64,000 nucleotides of DNA from Mayamaea pseudoterrestris (GCA_027923505.1 BROI01000005.1:124001-188000), one strand, 5' to 3'. Numbered from the stretch's first letter, positions 22,849 through 36,097 are shown. The notes: generated from the letters alone by a model not told the origin. A program made the numbers and translations.

Positions 22849-23952
22849 TCAATTCATTTCATCAAAATTCATATCATCGTCATCGAGATCAAACTCTTTG
22901 AAAAAGTCTTCATCCACGCCAAGTAGATCATTGCCATCACCCGCCGCCATCATGCTTGCCGCCAGCGTTACATCATCCACCATTTCTTGCTGCTGCTGCA
23001 AGTTAACGACAGGTTCTGGTCGATTCTTCTTGCTGGCAATTCCCTTTTTGGGTTTGGCAGCCGGTATATTTTCCGCGTCTTGTCGTTTCTTTCGCTGTAG
23101 TTGCTGTTGCTCCTCCAACTGTTTCCTCTTGGCTTCCGCCGCTTCATTCTGAATCGCTAGTATATCCTCCGGCTTGAGCCATACTTCAGGATGTGCACTA
23201 CATATTTGATCATCTGCATCAAACTGAACACCTTGCGGCTGCCGTCCATAGTCATCCATCCATGGCTCATAGTTGACAATCTCCTCCGTCACCTCCTCCA
23301 GCACGCGCGCCTGCGTATGACTCGACGACGTACCCGCCTTTGGAATCTTGACCTTTTTGACCTTTTCGTCCTTGTGCAGCTGCCCCATGAGTTGCACCAA
23401 CTCCCGCTCCACCGCCGCCACGTTGCGCCGCGGCGGCGCAATGCGCTCATGCTCGCGGGTTGCAAACCGCCGCTCCACGACGCGATGCATCGGCGGCGTC
23501 ACGCCCGAGTGATAGTAGGATGGATATCCGTCAGTGGGTTGCTCCTGCGCCTCCTCGAGGGCCATGTCGTCTTCATAGACAATCAGCATTTGCGCCACGT
23601 CGACGCTCTTGTAGTACATGGCGTGGTCGTGCGTCTTGTGTAGCTCGATGGGGCAGGGTAGATTGACGAGCGTGGCTGGATAGCGGGCGCCGTCGCAGCA
23701 AAATTCCCACAGGGTGCGATGGCGGGCCTCGGTCGGTTGGCACGTGACGCCTTCCAAGTCGAGGTAGGAGTCGGGAGTTGTTGCTGGTGCTGGTGCTGGA
23801 GTGTTGTTGTTGTTGTTGTTACTGTTGGATGATGCCGCTGCTGCTGCACGTTCCTCGCACTCCTTCATCTTGTCGCGGAGGCGAGCTTCGAGACGAGGGA
23901 CCAAAATGCGAAGGACAAGGGTTCGGTCGCGGACGGGTAAACGGTCGCTCAT
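22849..23952 (-). CDS. TAF7: TAF7, copy 2
   Basis: Intact 367 aa ORF, near-identical to copy 1. Confidence 0.88.
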   Translation of the reverse strand: MSDRLPVRDRTLVLRILVPRLEARLRDKMKECEERAAAAASSNSNNNNNNTPAPAPATTPDSYLDLEGVTCQPTEARHRTLWEFCCDGARYPATLVNLPCPIELHKTHDHAMYYKSVDVAQMLIVYEDDMALEEAQEQPTDGYPSYYHSGVTPPMHRVVERRFATREHERIAPPRRNVAAVERELVQLMGQLHKDEKVKKVKIPKAGTSSSHTQARVLEEVTEEIVNYEPWMDDYGRQPQGVQFDADDQICSAHPEVWLKPEDILAIQNEAAEAKRKQLEEQQQLQRKKRQDAENIPAAKPKKGIASKKNRPEPVVNLQQQQEMVDDVTLAASMMAAGDGNDLLGVDEDFFKEFDLDDDDMNFDEMN

Positions 23953-24135
23953 TTTGATGCATTAAGGAAAGCTTGTGGTACTGTGATCGAGCCATTCATG
24001 TTGCTTGTTGTCGCGATCATCAATGTTTTGCAGCTTTCATTCGTGTCGTAGCGGCAATGCGATACCACTACGACATTTCGTCAGGTTATCAGCCGCCGCG
24101 CGCGTGAATTTCGACGAACAAAACACAATTCCACC

Positions 24136-25153
24136 ATGGCGTCGATCTTTGAAACGCTCCACGAGTATTACGATCGACTAACGGGAACGACTGGAGGCTT
24201 AGGTGTACGTGCTAATGATTGACTGATATGAAAACGATGGTTAAACACTCTGTTGAAGAAAAATGGAGAGGAGATATCGTCAATCAAAGAGTTCATGCTG
24301 CATCGCATTATCGCATACCTCGCCTCATCTTTTTGATCCTCAACATATTGCGTTACAGTATCTTGTTATTCTGGCACTCGTCGCTGGGGGCTACCTTTAT
24401 ACGAGCGCAAGCTTCATGTCTTCGCAAGAACACAATCGCGTGGTTCTTTCGACTAGCAAGAAGGACGACACCGACAAGGAGCCACTGCGCAACTTTACCA
24501 TTACCCAACTCCAAAAATTCAACGGCACGAACGACCAACCAGTCTACTTGTCAGTGTCTGGCATTGTCTTTGACGTTTCGGACGGTCGCGACTTTTACGG
24601 TCCCGGTGGTCCCTACGAGAAGTTTGCCGGCTGCGAGTGCGGCGTGGCCTTGGCGAAAATGAGTTTCGACAGCGAGCATTTGAATGATTTTGATGGCATT
24701 GCGCAGTTGAATTTTGGAGAAAAGGCGGAACTAGAGGGGTGGATTGACAAGTTTACCAACTATCGAAGCTATCCAGTCAAGGGGAGATTGGTGCCAGACA
24801 AGTTACTGCCGCGTGCCGATCATATTTGGACGGCAGACGAATTGGCGTTGCATGACGGCACGCAGGAGATTCCAACCAACTACGCCGCTGCTCCCATTTA
24901 CATTGGCGCCGGGAACAAGGTGTTTGACATGAGTTTCGGTGGCGTGTCGTTCTATGGCGCTGGCGGACCCTACCAAAAGTTTGCCGGCAAGATTGTGAGT
25001 CGAGCGCTGGCGAAAATGAGTCTGGACGATGACGACCTCGTTTCAAACGATGTGAGTGACTTGACGGAGAAGCAGCTGGGGATTATGAATGACTGGATTA
25101 AAACGTTTGAGGAAAAGAAGAACTACCCAATTGTGGGTAGACTTGAAAAGTAG
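24136..25153 (+). CDS. Double cytochrome b5-like MAPR protein, copy 2 (1 intron)
   Basis: ATG at 24136 with the same GGT|GTACGT donor and CAG|TAT acceptor as copy 1. Confidence 0.92.
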
Positions 25154-25181
25154 TGTAATGATATAGGTGTGCATTTAGATT

Positions 25182-26027
25182 TTATACCGATAATATTTTG
25201 GCCGTCGCATCAGCGGATCGTGTCGAGGAAACACTATGGCTGCTGCCACTGCCCATTATATCGTCAGTACTTTGTCGAATCTCAGGTACATTGGCATAGT
25301 CACCCGCAAAGGTGGCTGATGGCCTGCTGCTACTGTTATTGTATCCGCCGCCACTATTCGTGTACATTGGATCCACCGTTCCCACTGGTTCGTACTGGTC
25401 CGCGTGGAGCTGCGACGACGAGGAAAACTCGCGCCGCCCCACGGCCAGCAAGAGGCAGGCGCAAAAGTTGACCCAAAAAACAAAGCCCGCCCACAGCCAC
25501 ACGCCAGTGGAGCGGTTGCAGTAACTTAATGGGTCGCGACTGCTGCTTTCGTGGAATCGTTCCGTGGTGTTTTCGTGACTATCATATCCATCGCTCCGTC
25601 GATTATCACTACCGTAGTAAGACTGCTTCGAGCAAGTTCCATACTTGAACGATTGCGACAAGACAAAGGACAGTATGGATGCACCAATGGTAATGCCCAA
25701 GGCGACTCCCATGATGAAATCGTTCGGCGCCAAAAAGCTAAAGTGGGAGGAGAGCCGTCCATTGTTCAAAATGGCCCAGACGGTAGCATTCTGCAGTATC
25801 AGAAAGAGTGACATCCATATCAAGGGAAGTGTATTGCTATTGCCACTGAATGATTGACTCCAGCAGGAGAAGAACAGAAACATGTTCAAAACGAACAGCA
25901 AGACCATTAGGTGATTCAAAATCTTGGCCATGGAATCCAAATGAAGGGCCGCGTAGGTTGTGACATCGCGGGGACAAAAGGATAAATTCTCCTCCAGGCG
26001 ATGTGGAAGCATGTTTCGTTGCATCAT
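25182..26027 (-). CDS. Uncharacterised 4-TM membrane protein, copy 2
   Basis: Intact 281 aa ORF colinear with copy 1. Confidence 0.75.
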   Translation of the reverse strand: MMQRNMLPHRLEENLSFCPRDVTTYAALHLDSMAKILNHLMVLLFVLNMFLFFSCWSQSFSGNSNTLPLIWMSLFLILQNATVWAILNNGRLSSHFSFLAPNDFIMGVALGITIGASILSFVLSQSFKYGTCSKQSYYGSDNRRSDGYDSHENTTERFHESSSRDPLSYCNRSTGVWLWAGFVFWVNFCACLLLAVGRREFSSSSQLHADQYEPVGTVDPMYTNSGGGYNNSSSRPSATFAGDYANVPEIRQSTDDIMGSGSSHSVSSTRSADATAKILSV

Positions 26028-26591
26028 ATTATTATATCGTGTACTGGAGGTGAATCAAGCTATGGTCGTCGAGTCGTCGATGCGAGATGCGAGTGATGTG
26101 TCGTTGTCGTTCTGATGAAGTTCTCAATGGCTCAATGGCGCAATGGTCAAATGTAATTTCACGCGAAATGATGATTGAATTTGGCAAGTCGTCTAATGCT
26201 TTCAGCGAATGCAATGTATCCTTTGCGGCTTAAAATACATTGTTTGTAATAACAAAGGAACTCTGGCAAGCACAACTCCATTTTCGTGGTCGCCGCTTGG
26301 TCGCGCGTGTCGCACTGCTAATAAAAAATTCTCAGCGGTTTTGGAAATAATCTCACGGGATGACATCGATTGCCATGGCCTCGCTACTTGACAATCAACC
26401 AAAATACCATTCATGATGCTATAGTAAGAGTCGTAAACAAAAGATAATCTTTATTCATGGCAACCAAAATGAAGATAGGTTGACTTAAAAATTCCAGCCC
26501 CAACAGGCCGCTCGCAAAACACCAAAATTCATGAACAAAGTATAGCACAGTTCTCGATATCGTCCAAACACAAAACAAAGTAAAAATCTCT

Positions 26592-28878
26592 CTAGCCCGC
26601 AGCTTCCTCGGCGACAATCGGCTTTTCGTCCGCACGAACTTCCTCATCCTGCGTCGACTTTTTCGACCTGTTGGACGAGTCCAAGGTGAGGCGGTGACGC
26701 GATGTGTTGAGCGACTCAATGGCGGCTTGCTCCACGGCCTGAATGTCGTAGGCTGGACCCTTGTGGCGACTAATGTCCATACCGGCAATTTCTTCGAGTG
26801 GATCGCAACGGTACCATCCCATGAAGGACAAAAAGTAGAAGAACGCTCCCATGACGGTGAAAGACCACGAAAAGATGAAGAGGCAAGCAATCAACTGACA
26901 GCCAAGGAGGGTAAAGTCACCCGATCCTTCGCCCCATTCGTAGAACCAACCGGCGTGTGAGCCAAGGCCTGGGTACGCCGCCGCCAAGAGGTCCGGAGAC
27001 GAGAAGAGTCCAGTCGCAATCATGCCCTGAAAAAAGGAACATCGTAAGATAAGTGAACGCTCGATACCCTCAGTCAGGCCAGTTTACAGAGCTGCAAACT
27101 GCCACTTACCCAAGCGCCTCCGACCATGTGCACCGGCACGGCGTCCACGGCTGATAAGCAATCAGAAATATCGTGAGTACAACGAGCAAGCGTTTTAAAG
27201 CATATATGTCACAGCAGTCCGGACGTACCGTCATCAAATCTTAATTTAAGCAATACTTTAGAACCCAGCACGTAGAAAATGCCAGCCAAAATTCCAATGA
27301 CGACGGCGGCCCAAGTCTGTACAGTCGCACAACCAGACGTAATGCTATAAAGGGTCGAAAACGAAAGCATGAGCAAATCATCGCTTTTAACGCCGACAAT
27401 CATTCACAAACTTACGCAACCAATCCAGTCAAGGAACCATTCATCGTGGCAACCACATCGTACGAGTAGATTCCAGTGTGGCGCAAATCAATGTATGAGC
27501 TAAAGGCCATGGCAGAAATGGCTCCCGCGCACGCCGAAAGTGTCGTGTTGACGGCAACAAGGCCTGCCAATGCACCACCAGCCTGCGACGCAACGTAGAG
27601 CACTGAACCGGGGTTGAAGCCGTACCTGTTAGAAAACGCAGTACAGAGATGTTTGTGAGATACAGACAAAAGTATTATACCTTCTCGCAATTGACAGCAA
27701 CGTACCATCCAAACCACAGAAGAAACTATCAAACAAAAGAGAGCAACGTATGACATGAGAATATTTCTCATCGAAACGGATCACGAATAGCAATGATACT
27801 ACTAACCGTTCCAAGGAACATGAGAGCGATTGAATGAGGCGTTATCTCAGCTGGTTCTTCGAGAAGATTGCCATCCTGGTCATGGAACCGACCAATGCGC
27901 GGACCGAGGATGAGTCCACCAACAAGCGCTGCAACTCCTCCAGTCATGTGAACGGCTGAAACGAGTGTGAATGATGAAACGTTAGGTTTGGCAATCAGTT
28001 TAACCGCTCAAATTTAAACAAATACTTCACTCACCTCCAGATCCAGCTAGGTCAATCGCTCCCGACCCAAACAGTGGTTCAGCCGCAAACGCACTGAGAA
28101 AGCCTTGCGTGGACCAGAGCGAATGGGCCGCCACTGGATAAACGAATCCAACCAAAAAGCTGGAATACATTAAGTACGCCTTCATTTGCGTACGTTCCGC
28201 AATCGTTCCAGCGACAATGCTGCTGACGGCGCACGCAAACGCAAATTGAAAGAACCAAAGCTCCATGGCAATGCCCTGATTAGTATTGGCAAAGAACTGG
28301 GTGTTTCCAATGAATGTTCTGATATAGCAAAAAGGAGTCATGTGTCAGGGCATGGTGTATAAAGCAGTGGCTGCTCTAACTGTACAGGCAACTTAGTTCA
28401 ACATACTTTTCCGGTCGCCCATCATCGCCTCCGTAGGCGAAGGCCCAACCAACGGCCCAGTACGCCAAGCCACCGCCGCAACTATCCAGCAAGTTCCAGA
28501 GGATAACGTTTCGAGTATTCTTGGCGCGAATGGATCCGGCGCAAAGCATGGCAAAGCCAGCCTGCATCATGAACACCAAGGCGCCACCAAAGAGGATGAA
28601 GAAACTATTGACGCCATCGGCAACATTCTGTGCGGCCGAAAGATTAGCCTGTAGTAATGATGCAAAATAAGAATACGGTTAATCATTAGTATAGGGACAG
28701 TACCTGCATTCTCTTTTAGAAGAAAATGGTTTCGTTATGCTTGCTGACTGATGCGCAGCGAACTGCATGCACTTACCTGCTCATTCTGATCCGAAACGCA
28801 TCCTAGCAACTCACTCAGCTGGCTCGACGTATCGGGAAACTGGGCGAGACAAGTCTCAAAGATGCTGCTTCCACTCAT
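26592..28878 (-). CDS. AMT1: Ammonium transporter AMT1-type, 9 exons: 28878-28777, 28648-28407, 28318-28035, 27955-27807, 27725-27706, 27625-27416, 27344-27229, 27150-27110, 27026-26592
   Basis: MQAGFAMLCAGSIRAKN, FFQFAFAC, GTIAER, DLAGSG|AVHMTGG, LWFG|WYGFNPGS, FDD|AVDAVPVHM. Both pore histidines are present and all 8 introns are GT-AG and in frame. Confidence 0.96.
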
Positions 28879-29233
28879 AGTTCGGCAGAAACAAGGTCAA
28901 TGAGTGGAATGTGTGATGCGCAAGCGAAAGTGAGATGATTGAAACGAAAGTTGAAGGTGCTCGTTGCGTTTGCGCCTCGACGGGGCGTCACTTTCTACAT
29001 GCAACGAGGCGTTCTGATTGGAGGAAGAGATGCTTTGACGAAAGTGTCCATAAATCGCGCCGGCCGGACGTGGCTTGCGAAACAGCTGCCTCCTACCATC
29101 TACTGGCACTTTTACATCGGCGCCGATTAGCTATGTATGAGCAACAATTCACATTCAACAGTAAGCAACAGTATTGTTAATAATCATTCTTTTATAGACA
29201 GCTAAAGATGCATGACGTGAGAGACATCTCCAT

Positions 29234-32200
29234 CTACTCGTCCGCTTCCATTTCACCCTCCATCTTGTCCTCCTCGGTTTCATCCTCCATGACATCAGCC
29301 ACTGGCGCCGCTGGAGCACCAAACAAGGGTCGAGCGCCAAACGTAGTGCTTGATTGACCAAACGAAAATCCTCCCGTTCCAGTGGAACTCGTTGTATTAA
29401 AGGCTCCAAATGGCGAGGATGCCGGCGGTGGTTGCGTCGGAATTGGGAGTGTAATAGAAGAAGAATTACCAAAACTAAAGAGTGGCGCCGTTGACGAGGA
29501 TCCTGGCGGTTTAATGTCCAAAAAGGCGCCGCCAGTTGAAGGTGCAGAACTAGCAAGGGCGCCAAAGCCGGTGATAGGAGCACTTGTCGCGGCCTGGCCA
29601 AAGGTGGGACCAGCCGAGGATGATCCAAACGCTGCTCCAAACCCACCACCGAACCCTCCGCCAAAAAATGGAGTAGTAGATGGTGTCGCCGCAAACGGGT
29701 TGGAAATATTAAGAGTCGCGTCTGCCGGTTTGCTTGCCTCAGGCTCGATTTCAATAGTGCCATCATCGTTCTTATCGGCTTCTTCGCCTTCCTCCGCTTC
29801 TGGGATCATTTCATTCACCCCTTCGGGTGGAGCATAGACAACATCATCCGTCGTCTCAACATCCTTCGTTTCTTCCTCGTCGTCGACGATCACAATTTCC
29901 GCCTCGGAAGCGGAAGGCGCTTTACTCGCTGATTCTTTCTCTTCAAGTTTCGTTTCAGTTTCGGGGCTGTGAACAACAGGTTGTGAATCCTCTAATTCCA
30001 ATTTCGACTCGTCGGCTTCGGGTTCTTTTGGCGAAGTCTCGCCGACTTTTGTCTCTTTGGCTTCGGGCACTTCTGGGGCAATCTCACCTTGCTTTATTTC
30101 TGGACCTTCTGCCTCGTCAATACTAGTTTTGTGACGCTTGGAACCGGGCGTTTCGCTCGACTTTGGTAAAGCATTGTTCTCCTCATGCTTTGCTTCCGGT
30201 GTGGCAATTGCGTCTGAAGCAGCTTTGCGGGAAAGCGCCTCCTGTAGCTTGCGCTTCTTCTCCATAAGCTTCTCCTTTATCGAAACCTCCTTTCTAATGC
30301 TTGGCGGTGTTGGAGGGTCTTCTACTCGCGGATTGGGCGGTGCAGGTTGTTCTTGCTGAGAATTGCTTGTTGCACGTGGCTGGAACAAGGGAGCACTTGG
30401 GCGAAGCGTTGTTGTCGTTGTCGTTGACGCCGTCGATAAATGCGATGCAACAGGTGCTTCAGTCGTTGATGGTGTAAGAGACACTCTTTCAGTCTCTGCA
30501 TTTAAATTGTCGCTATTCTGTTTCGTTATTTCGTCGGGTTTTGGTCGGTCGCTCGGTCCAAATTTGAAGCCTTCCAAAGGAACCGATGGAACAGACGCCT
30601 GCCTGTGCTCGGTCACAATGTTTGTCTGCTTTTCGGACACTAATTGAGACTCTGGAATTGTGTCCATTACGCCTTTCGCAGGAGCATGCGGGGGTACAGT
30701 TAGAACAGGTGCCGCCTGTCGCAACTTTTCTGCAGCAACATGAGCTTCTAGACGAGCTTCCAAACGAACGATGCTGGCCTTCAACGTTGTTTCTGTGCTA
30801 TTGGCTTCTTGCTTCTCAGCCATTAGTTGCCGTAGTCTCGTTCGTAGATTCTCCGTTTGAGTTGTGAGTCCAGCTACTTCCAACTTTCGCGACGCAACTT
30901 CCTTTTCAAGTTCCGTGCTACGGAGCTTAAGCTCGTCTCGTTCATTTGAAACTGCTGACATGGCCGTTGAATTCGAAGCAGATTCTAGCTGAGCCTCTTT
31001 CTCCTGCATCTCCTTCTGCAACTTGATGTTCTTTTCCTTAAGCTTCGTCGCGATCGTCCGAATGCGCGTATTTTCTTCTTCGGTTGTTCGCTTCCAAGCA
31101 GTAAGCGATTCATTCTCTTTAGCCAATTCGTCGACTCTTTTCTTGAGCTGACTATGCTCCACAGGATCGACTTGGTTAAACTTTGAAACAATGCTTTGTA
31201 CCCGATTCTTCCAGTCGTCAAGATCGCGTCGCAAACTTTCATTTTCGGCCGTGAGCACGGCGATTTTAGTTTCTTGCTCGCGCTTGGCCAACTCCTTGGG
31301 CTGCAAGGCAATCTTAGTTTCGTCAAGCTCCTTCTGCGTTATAGAGAGCGTCTGTTGCAGCTTCTCCGCGCTTTCTCGCAACACATAATTACTGTCGTTT
31401 AGTAGTGATGCTTGCGATTCAAGGGCGGCAACCTTCTCTTTGAGTGCATCCACTTCGGCTGTAGTATCACTAAGTCCACTCTGCTTTCGTAGTTCCGAGA
31501 GCTCTGCCCTCGCCTCGTCTAAGCTACGGCGAATCATTGAGGCGCCGGCTCGTTCGCGTTCGACCGTGCGCTTGACATTATCCAGTTCGGTCTGAAGCAA
31601 TTCGTTTTCAGACCGAAGGATCTTGATAACCTCCCTAGTTTCCGCGAGAGACTTTCGCAATTCATCGAAATTCGATGGAAGTTCAGCTGTAGAATCAATC
31701 TGACTTTCGCCCATCTTCTTTTCCATCGCGCTGCCAAGTGATTCGAGTTGGCGGTGAAGCAAACTGTTTTGTTCCCGAGCGGAAGCAAGATTTTTCTCCG
31801 CCATCGTCATGGATTCTTCCAATAATCGCTTTTCGTTATTCCATAGTTCGAGCCGTTGATCCATTTCCACTTTCAACGTTTCAAACTTCTCCTCAAATGC
31901 GCGACGAAGTTGGCTTTCCTTGTCAGCCTGTTCGCGAGCCTGGCGTAGTGCAGTCCGGGATTCAGAATGCACTGTGAGCTCTCTCTCGTAGTTATTCAAT
32001 GCGTTATCACGCTCTTCGCGTAATACCTCCATGTCCACCTTCATGGCCACAGCCAAAGCTTTTGCGGCATCAGTGTCGTGCTTGTTCGCTTGAATTTCGC
32101 CGTGCAGTGCCGCGATTTCCGATCGCAACGCATTCTCTGCCTGCTCTCGCTCGCCGCGCTGTCTGACGAGATCACTCGTCATCTCTACTACAAGCTGCTG

Positions 32201-35104
32201 CTTGGCTGCATTGTCTTGCTGCAGCCCTTCTATCCGTTGCTGAAAATCTCTCTTTTCTTGGTCTAATTTCTCCTCCGAGCTCTTGATAGCGGCGCTAAGA
32301 TCCGTAAGAGCCTCATCACTGTCCGCTGCTATCTTTTTGTAATGCTCTGCTTCCTTTGCCAAACTTTTCTTTTCCATCTTGGTAGTTTCGAGGTCGTCGG
32401 CTAGGGTCTTTATTCGATTGCGAAGCGATAGTTCAACCTGAGTTTCGTCATCGTCAGCAATCTCGCCAAGTTTACGTTTGGCCAAGCGTAACTGTATCTC
32501 AAGCTCACTGATCTTGGTCTGGCCTTCTTTCAGACCAGTTTGCGCTACCAGCAATTGTTCTTTGACACCAGCAACCTCCTCTAGCAATTTCGACTTCACT
32601 GTTTCGGATTCATGTAGTCGAATGTCCAAAATGCTAATGCGCCCGTTCAAATCTTCAACCAAAGACGCACTTTTTGTCTGCTCCCGATCGAGCTGGCCTC
32701 TTAAGCGATCGGCTTCTGCAAGGGCGCCAGCCATCTCACCCTCGCTCTTTGAAGCAAGTTTAGTTTCGATACGCCGAATGTTATCCATCATACTTCCTTG
32801 GCGAGCCATGTCCGCATGAAGGCGGTTGTTCTCCTCAGCTAATCTACTCTCGGCGGAACGTGCAGTCTGCAGTTCTGTTTCGAGAAGGCGGAGTTTCATT
32901 TGGGCTTGCTTAGACTCACTTTCCTGACTAGAGCACTGATTATTGGCGTTGGATACAGCTTGATGCAGGTCAGCGTTGATTCGCTGCAACTGATTGTAAG
33001 CGTTATTGACCTGAGCCATCTCCTTGCGCGCTCTTTCTAAAGACTCTTCCAGACGCTCACACTTTTCTTTATGATAATGAGCATCTGACTCAGCTCGAGC
33101 AACTTGACTACGCGCAGACAATAAATCGCGCTCATGTTGGCTGACTGAGCTCATCAGCTCAGTTGCATGAGCTTCTTGTCGCCGTAGGCGCTCCGACACG
33201 TCGTCATTCTCGCGCTTTAGAGCGCCCAGCTGTCCGCGTGTCTCAGACAAGTCTTTCTCAAGTTCTCGATTTGTCAGCTCCAATCTTGTTGACCGCTCCG
33301 ACTGCAGCGATATCTGCTGCAGTGCCGATTGGTCATCGAGTGCCACTCCAGAGTGGTTACCACTTTGATGCAGCAAAGCGCGATACAAGTCACGTTGCTG
33401 GACGAGTTTGTCCATGAGCTCCATTTGCTTCGTTCGCTCGTCCTTTAACGCTTTTAGTTCCGCCTCCGACGTGTCGAGCTTCGTTCGCAAAACATCCGTC
33501 TGCAAGCGCCCTTCCAACTCGTTAATTTTTGCTTGCAAACGAAGACGATCAGAAATGAGTTTCTGGTTTTGTGACTGCATTTGTGCAATATCAACCGGAA
33601 AGTTCATATCGACTGCCGCACCAGCTTCCTTGCGCAGCAGAGCTTGAATCTGCTGCGCCAATAAATGATTTTCTTGCTTCAGAGCTCTGACTTCCTTGGC
33701 CAAATTTGTTGCCTCTTGACGCGACGCTTGATTCTCGTTTCGGACAAAGTCCCGCTCCTCAAGCGCATCATGCAAACGCTTCTGAAATTCCTTAATCGAG
33801 TCCATGGCGCGGTCATATTCTTCTCGCTGGCGAACCAATCCAGGCGCCGATGCCTGAATCTCCCTCTCCAAATCAAACAGAATTGACTGACAGTGCTCCT
33901 TTTCTTTTCGTTCCCTACGTAGCGCTCTTTTCGTTTCATGGTAACGAGTATACATCTCAGTCAGTCCCAAAGGCTCGTCATCATCGTCATCCATGGCGTC
34001 GCCATCATCGCTCCTGCGATCGGCATCCATCAGCATCAAACCTCTCGCTGCCCCACTGACACGTGGAACAATGGCTTGCTTCTGCAACTCTGTCGCCTGT
34101 TCGTGCAACAGCACTTGAAACTTTTCCTCTAGCTCCTTGCGCAAATCAAGCTTTTCCTGATCGGCCAGCGTCACAGCCTGCTCCGCCGCTTGCTGCAACG
34201 CTTCATTCTGCTTCTCCAAACTCTGGCAGCGTTGCTTCCACTGCTCAATCTGTCGCTTTTGCATATCGGTCAATTTGCGCTCATCCGCTAGTTCCACTTC
34301 ATGGTCATGTTCAAGCTGCGTCTTTTCGTGCTTGAGCTCGAGCAAGTCACGCGAGAGTTCCGTCACCTTTTCCTGCAAGCGAAGCTCCATCTTGCTCACT
34401 TCATTGTATTTTGCTACAGCTGCTTCCTTTTCGTTTGCAATTACATCAAGCTGCAATTGAACTTGCAGCAAGTGATCGCCATTGTCCTGACGAAGCTTGG
34501 AAATTTGCTTTTGCTTGTCGGCCAACTCCTGCTCGAGCCAAGAAGCGTGCGCATGGACAGCGTCAAGCTCCGTTTGAAGACGATGTTTCTCGTGCAATAA
34601 AGGAATGGCTTGCGATTCTTGAATTTGACCGGCAACTTGCTGCGTGGAAAGTTCCTTCTGAAGCGACTCGTTGGATTTTTTCAAGCGGCTGCAAATAGAA
34701 GGAGAGTCCGCGATTGAGACAAATATCAATAAATAACGATAAGGTAATAATAAATGCGCAAATCAGGCTTACCTTAGCTCTTCTCGCAACTGATCCGCCT
34801 CTGTTTGCATCCGGTCCATGCGTTCCTGCACCAACTTTTGATTCTCCTCCTTCTCCACAATCGTTTGCTTTGCTACAGTCAATTCATGCTGCAACTGCGT
34901 CTCATTCACTACAACTTGACGAGACGCAGTAAGCTCGACTTGCAGCTTCGAAACGATAGCCTTTTCCGTCTGCAAAGCATCATAGGCGTTACTTCGCTCC
35001 TGCTTGAGTTGTAGGTACTGCTTCTCGAGGTCTTCCAAGACGCTCCGCTGCGCCTGCGACCAGGCAACCTCCTGCGCCCGACGCCAAGACGGAGATGCAG
35101 ACAT
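29234..35104 (-). CDS. TPR: Nuclear basket nucleoporin TPR/MLP1-like coiled-coil protein with FG-rich C-terminus; intron 34689-34772
   Basis: About 1900 aa coiled coil containing LTEMY, QQRDLYRALL, NYERELTVH and LDDWKNR motifs, followed by a disordered acidic/FG tail. Confidence 0.85.
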
Positions 35105-35332
35105 TTGAAATGTTGTATTTGTCAGCTATTTATACTATCTTGATTAGATTGAGACGAACGCAGTCGACAACGCGACGAAATCCCATGGCCGTCGGTGCGC
35201 TGCGCGCGAGCGAGGATTCAGTGTTGGTGCGACATTGCGACACGATGACTTCACCGCATCAACCACACCTTCGCCAACATCATTCTGTTGCCGTTTTACA
35301 GTTTCATGGCAAGCAAACCGATACAATTTAGA

Positions 35333-36097
35333 ATGAACCGCTTTGCATTGCTACAGGCTCGACCGCTTTTAGTTGTAACGTTGGCTATTGCAGTGATTCT
35401 CTTAGTCTGCAATCGCTTCATGGCGTCATCATCATCGCCATCCCAAGCGCACGCCCTCGAGTCGCAAACAACGTCCAAACATGTGCAGCATCGCATTCTC
35501 TGCTACGGAGATAGTCTCACTGCTGGAACGACGAATAGCTACACTCTTTATCCATATGCTCCCTTTTTGGAACGAGCTCTAAAGGCGGCAGGTCGAGAAA
35601 ACGTTCAAGTTCGACACGTTGGCCTCCCAGGTTGGACGGCCCAGCAAATGGTTGCCACGGCGTCCGAAAAGCAAGGAATCGAGTCTCAAATTCTCCGAGT
35701 CAAGGATCCGAGCCTTTCCCTGGTTGTGATTTTGGCCGGGACGAACGATTTAGGACATGGCTTTGGTGAGGACGAAATTGCTAAAAATGTGTTGCAGCTG
35801 CACAAGATTGCGCGAAGGAACCAAGTTCCAGCGACTCTGGCAATCGCCATTCCGCCCAGTGGCTACACGAGTCAGAACGAAGCTGCGAGACTTGTGGTGC
35901 AAGGAGTCAATGAGGCGCTGCAAGAGTATAGTGCGAGAGAACCCAACATGTCGTTTACACCCTTTCCCTTTGAGTTTGAACGAGGCGGCGAAAACTGGAG
36001 TCCCGATACTCTACATTTGAGTCCAACAGGATATGAAAAGTTGGGGCAAAGTTTAGCTTCTGTGGTTGGCAAGATACTTGACCAGCTTGAGGAGTAA
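35333..36097 (+). CDS. SGNH/GDSL hydrolase with N-terminal hydrophobic segment
   Basis: GDSLT (block I), GLPG (II), AGTND (III), DTLH (V). Confidence 0.92.
   Translation: MNRFALLQARPLLVVTLAIAVILLVCNRFMASSSSPSQAHALESQTTSKHVQHRILCYGDSLTAGTTNSYTLYPYAPFLERALKAAGRENVQVRHVGLPGWTAQQMVATASEKQGIESQILRVKDPSLSLVVILAGTNDLGHGFGEDEIAKNVLQLHKIARRNQVPATLAIAIPPSGYTSQNEAARLVVQGVNEALQEYSAREPNMSFTPFPFEFERGGENWSPDTLHLSPTGYEKLGQSLASVVGKILDQLEE

Larger units (their letters stand above)
17678..26664 (+). repeat. Tandem segmental duplication, copy 2 (~9.0 kb)
   Basis: Colinear with 8577-17680; ends inside the last exon of AMT. Confidence 0.97.
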
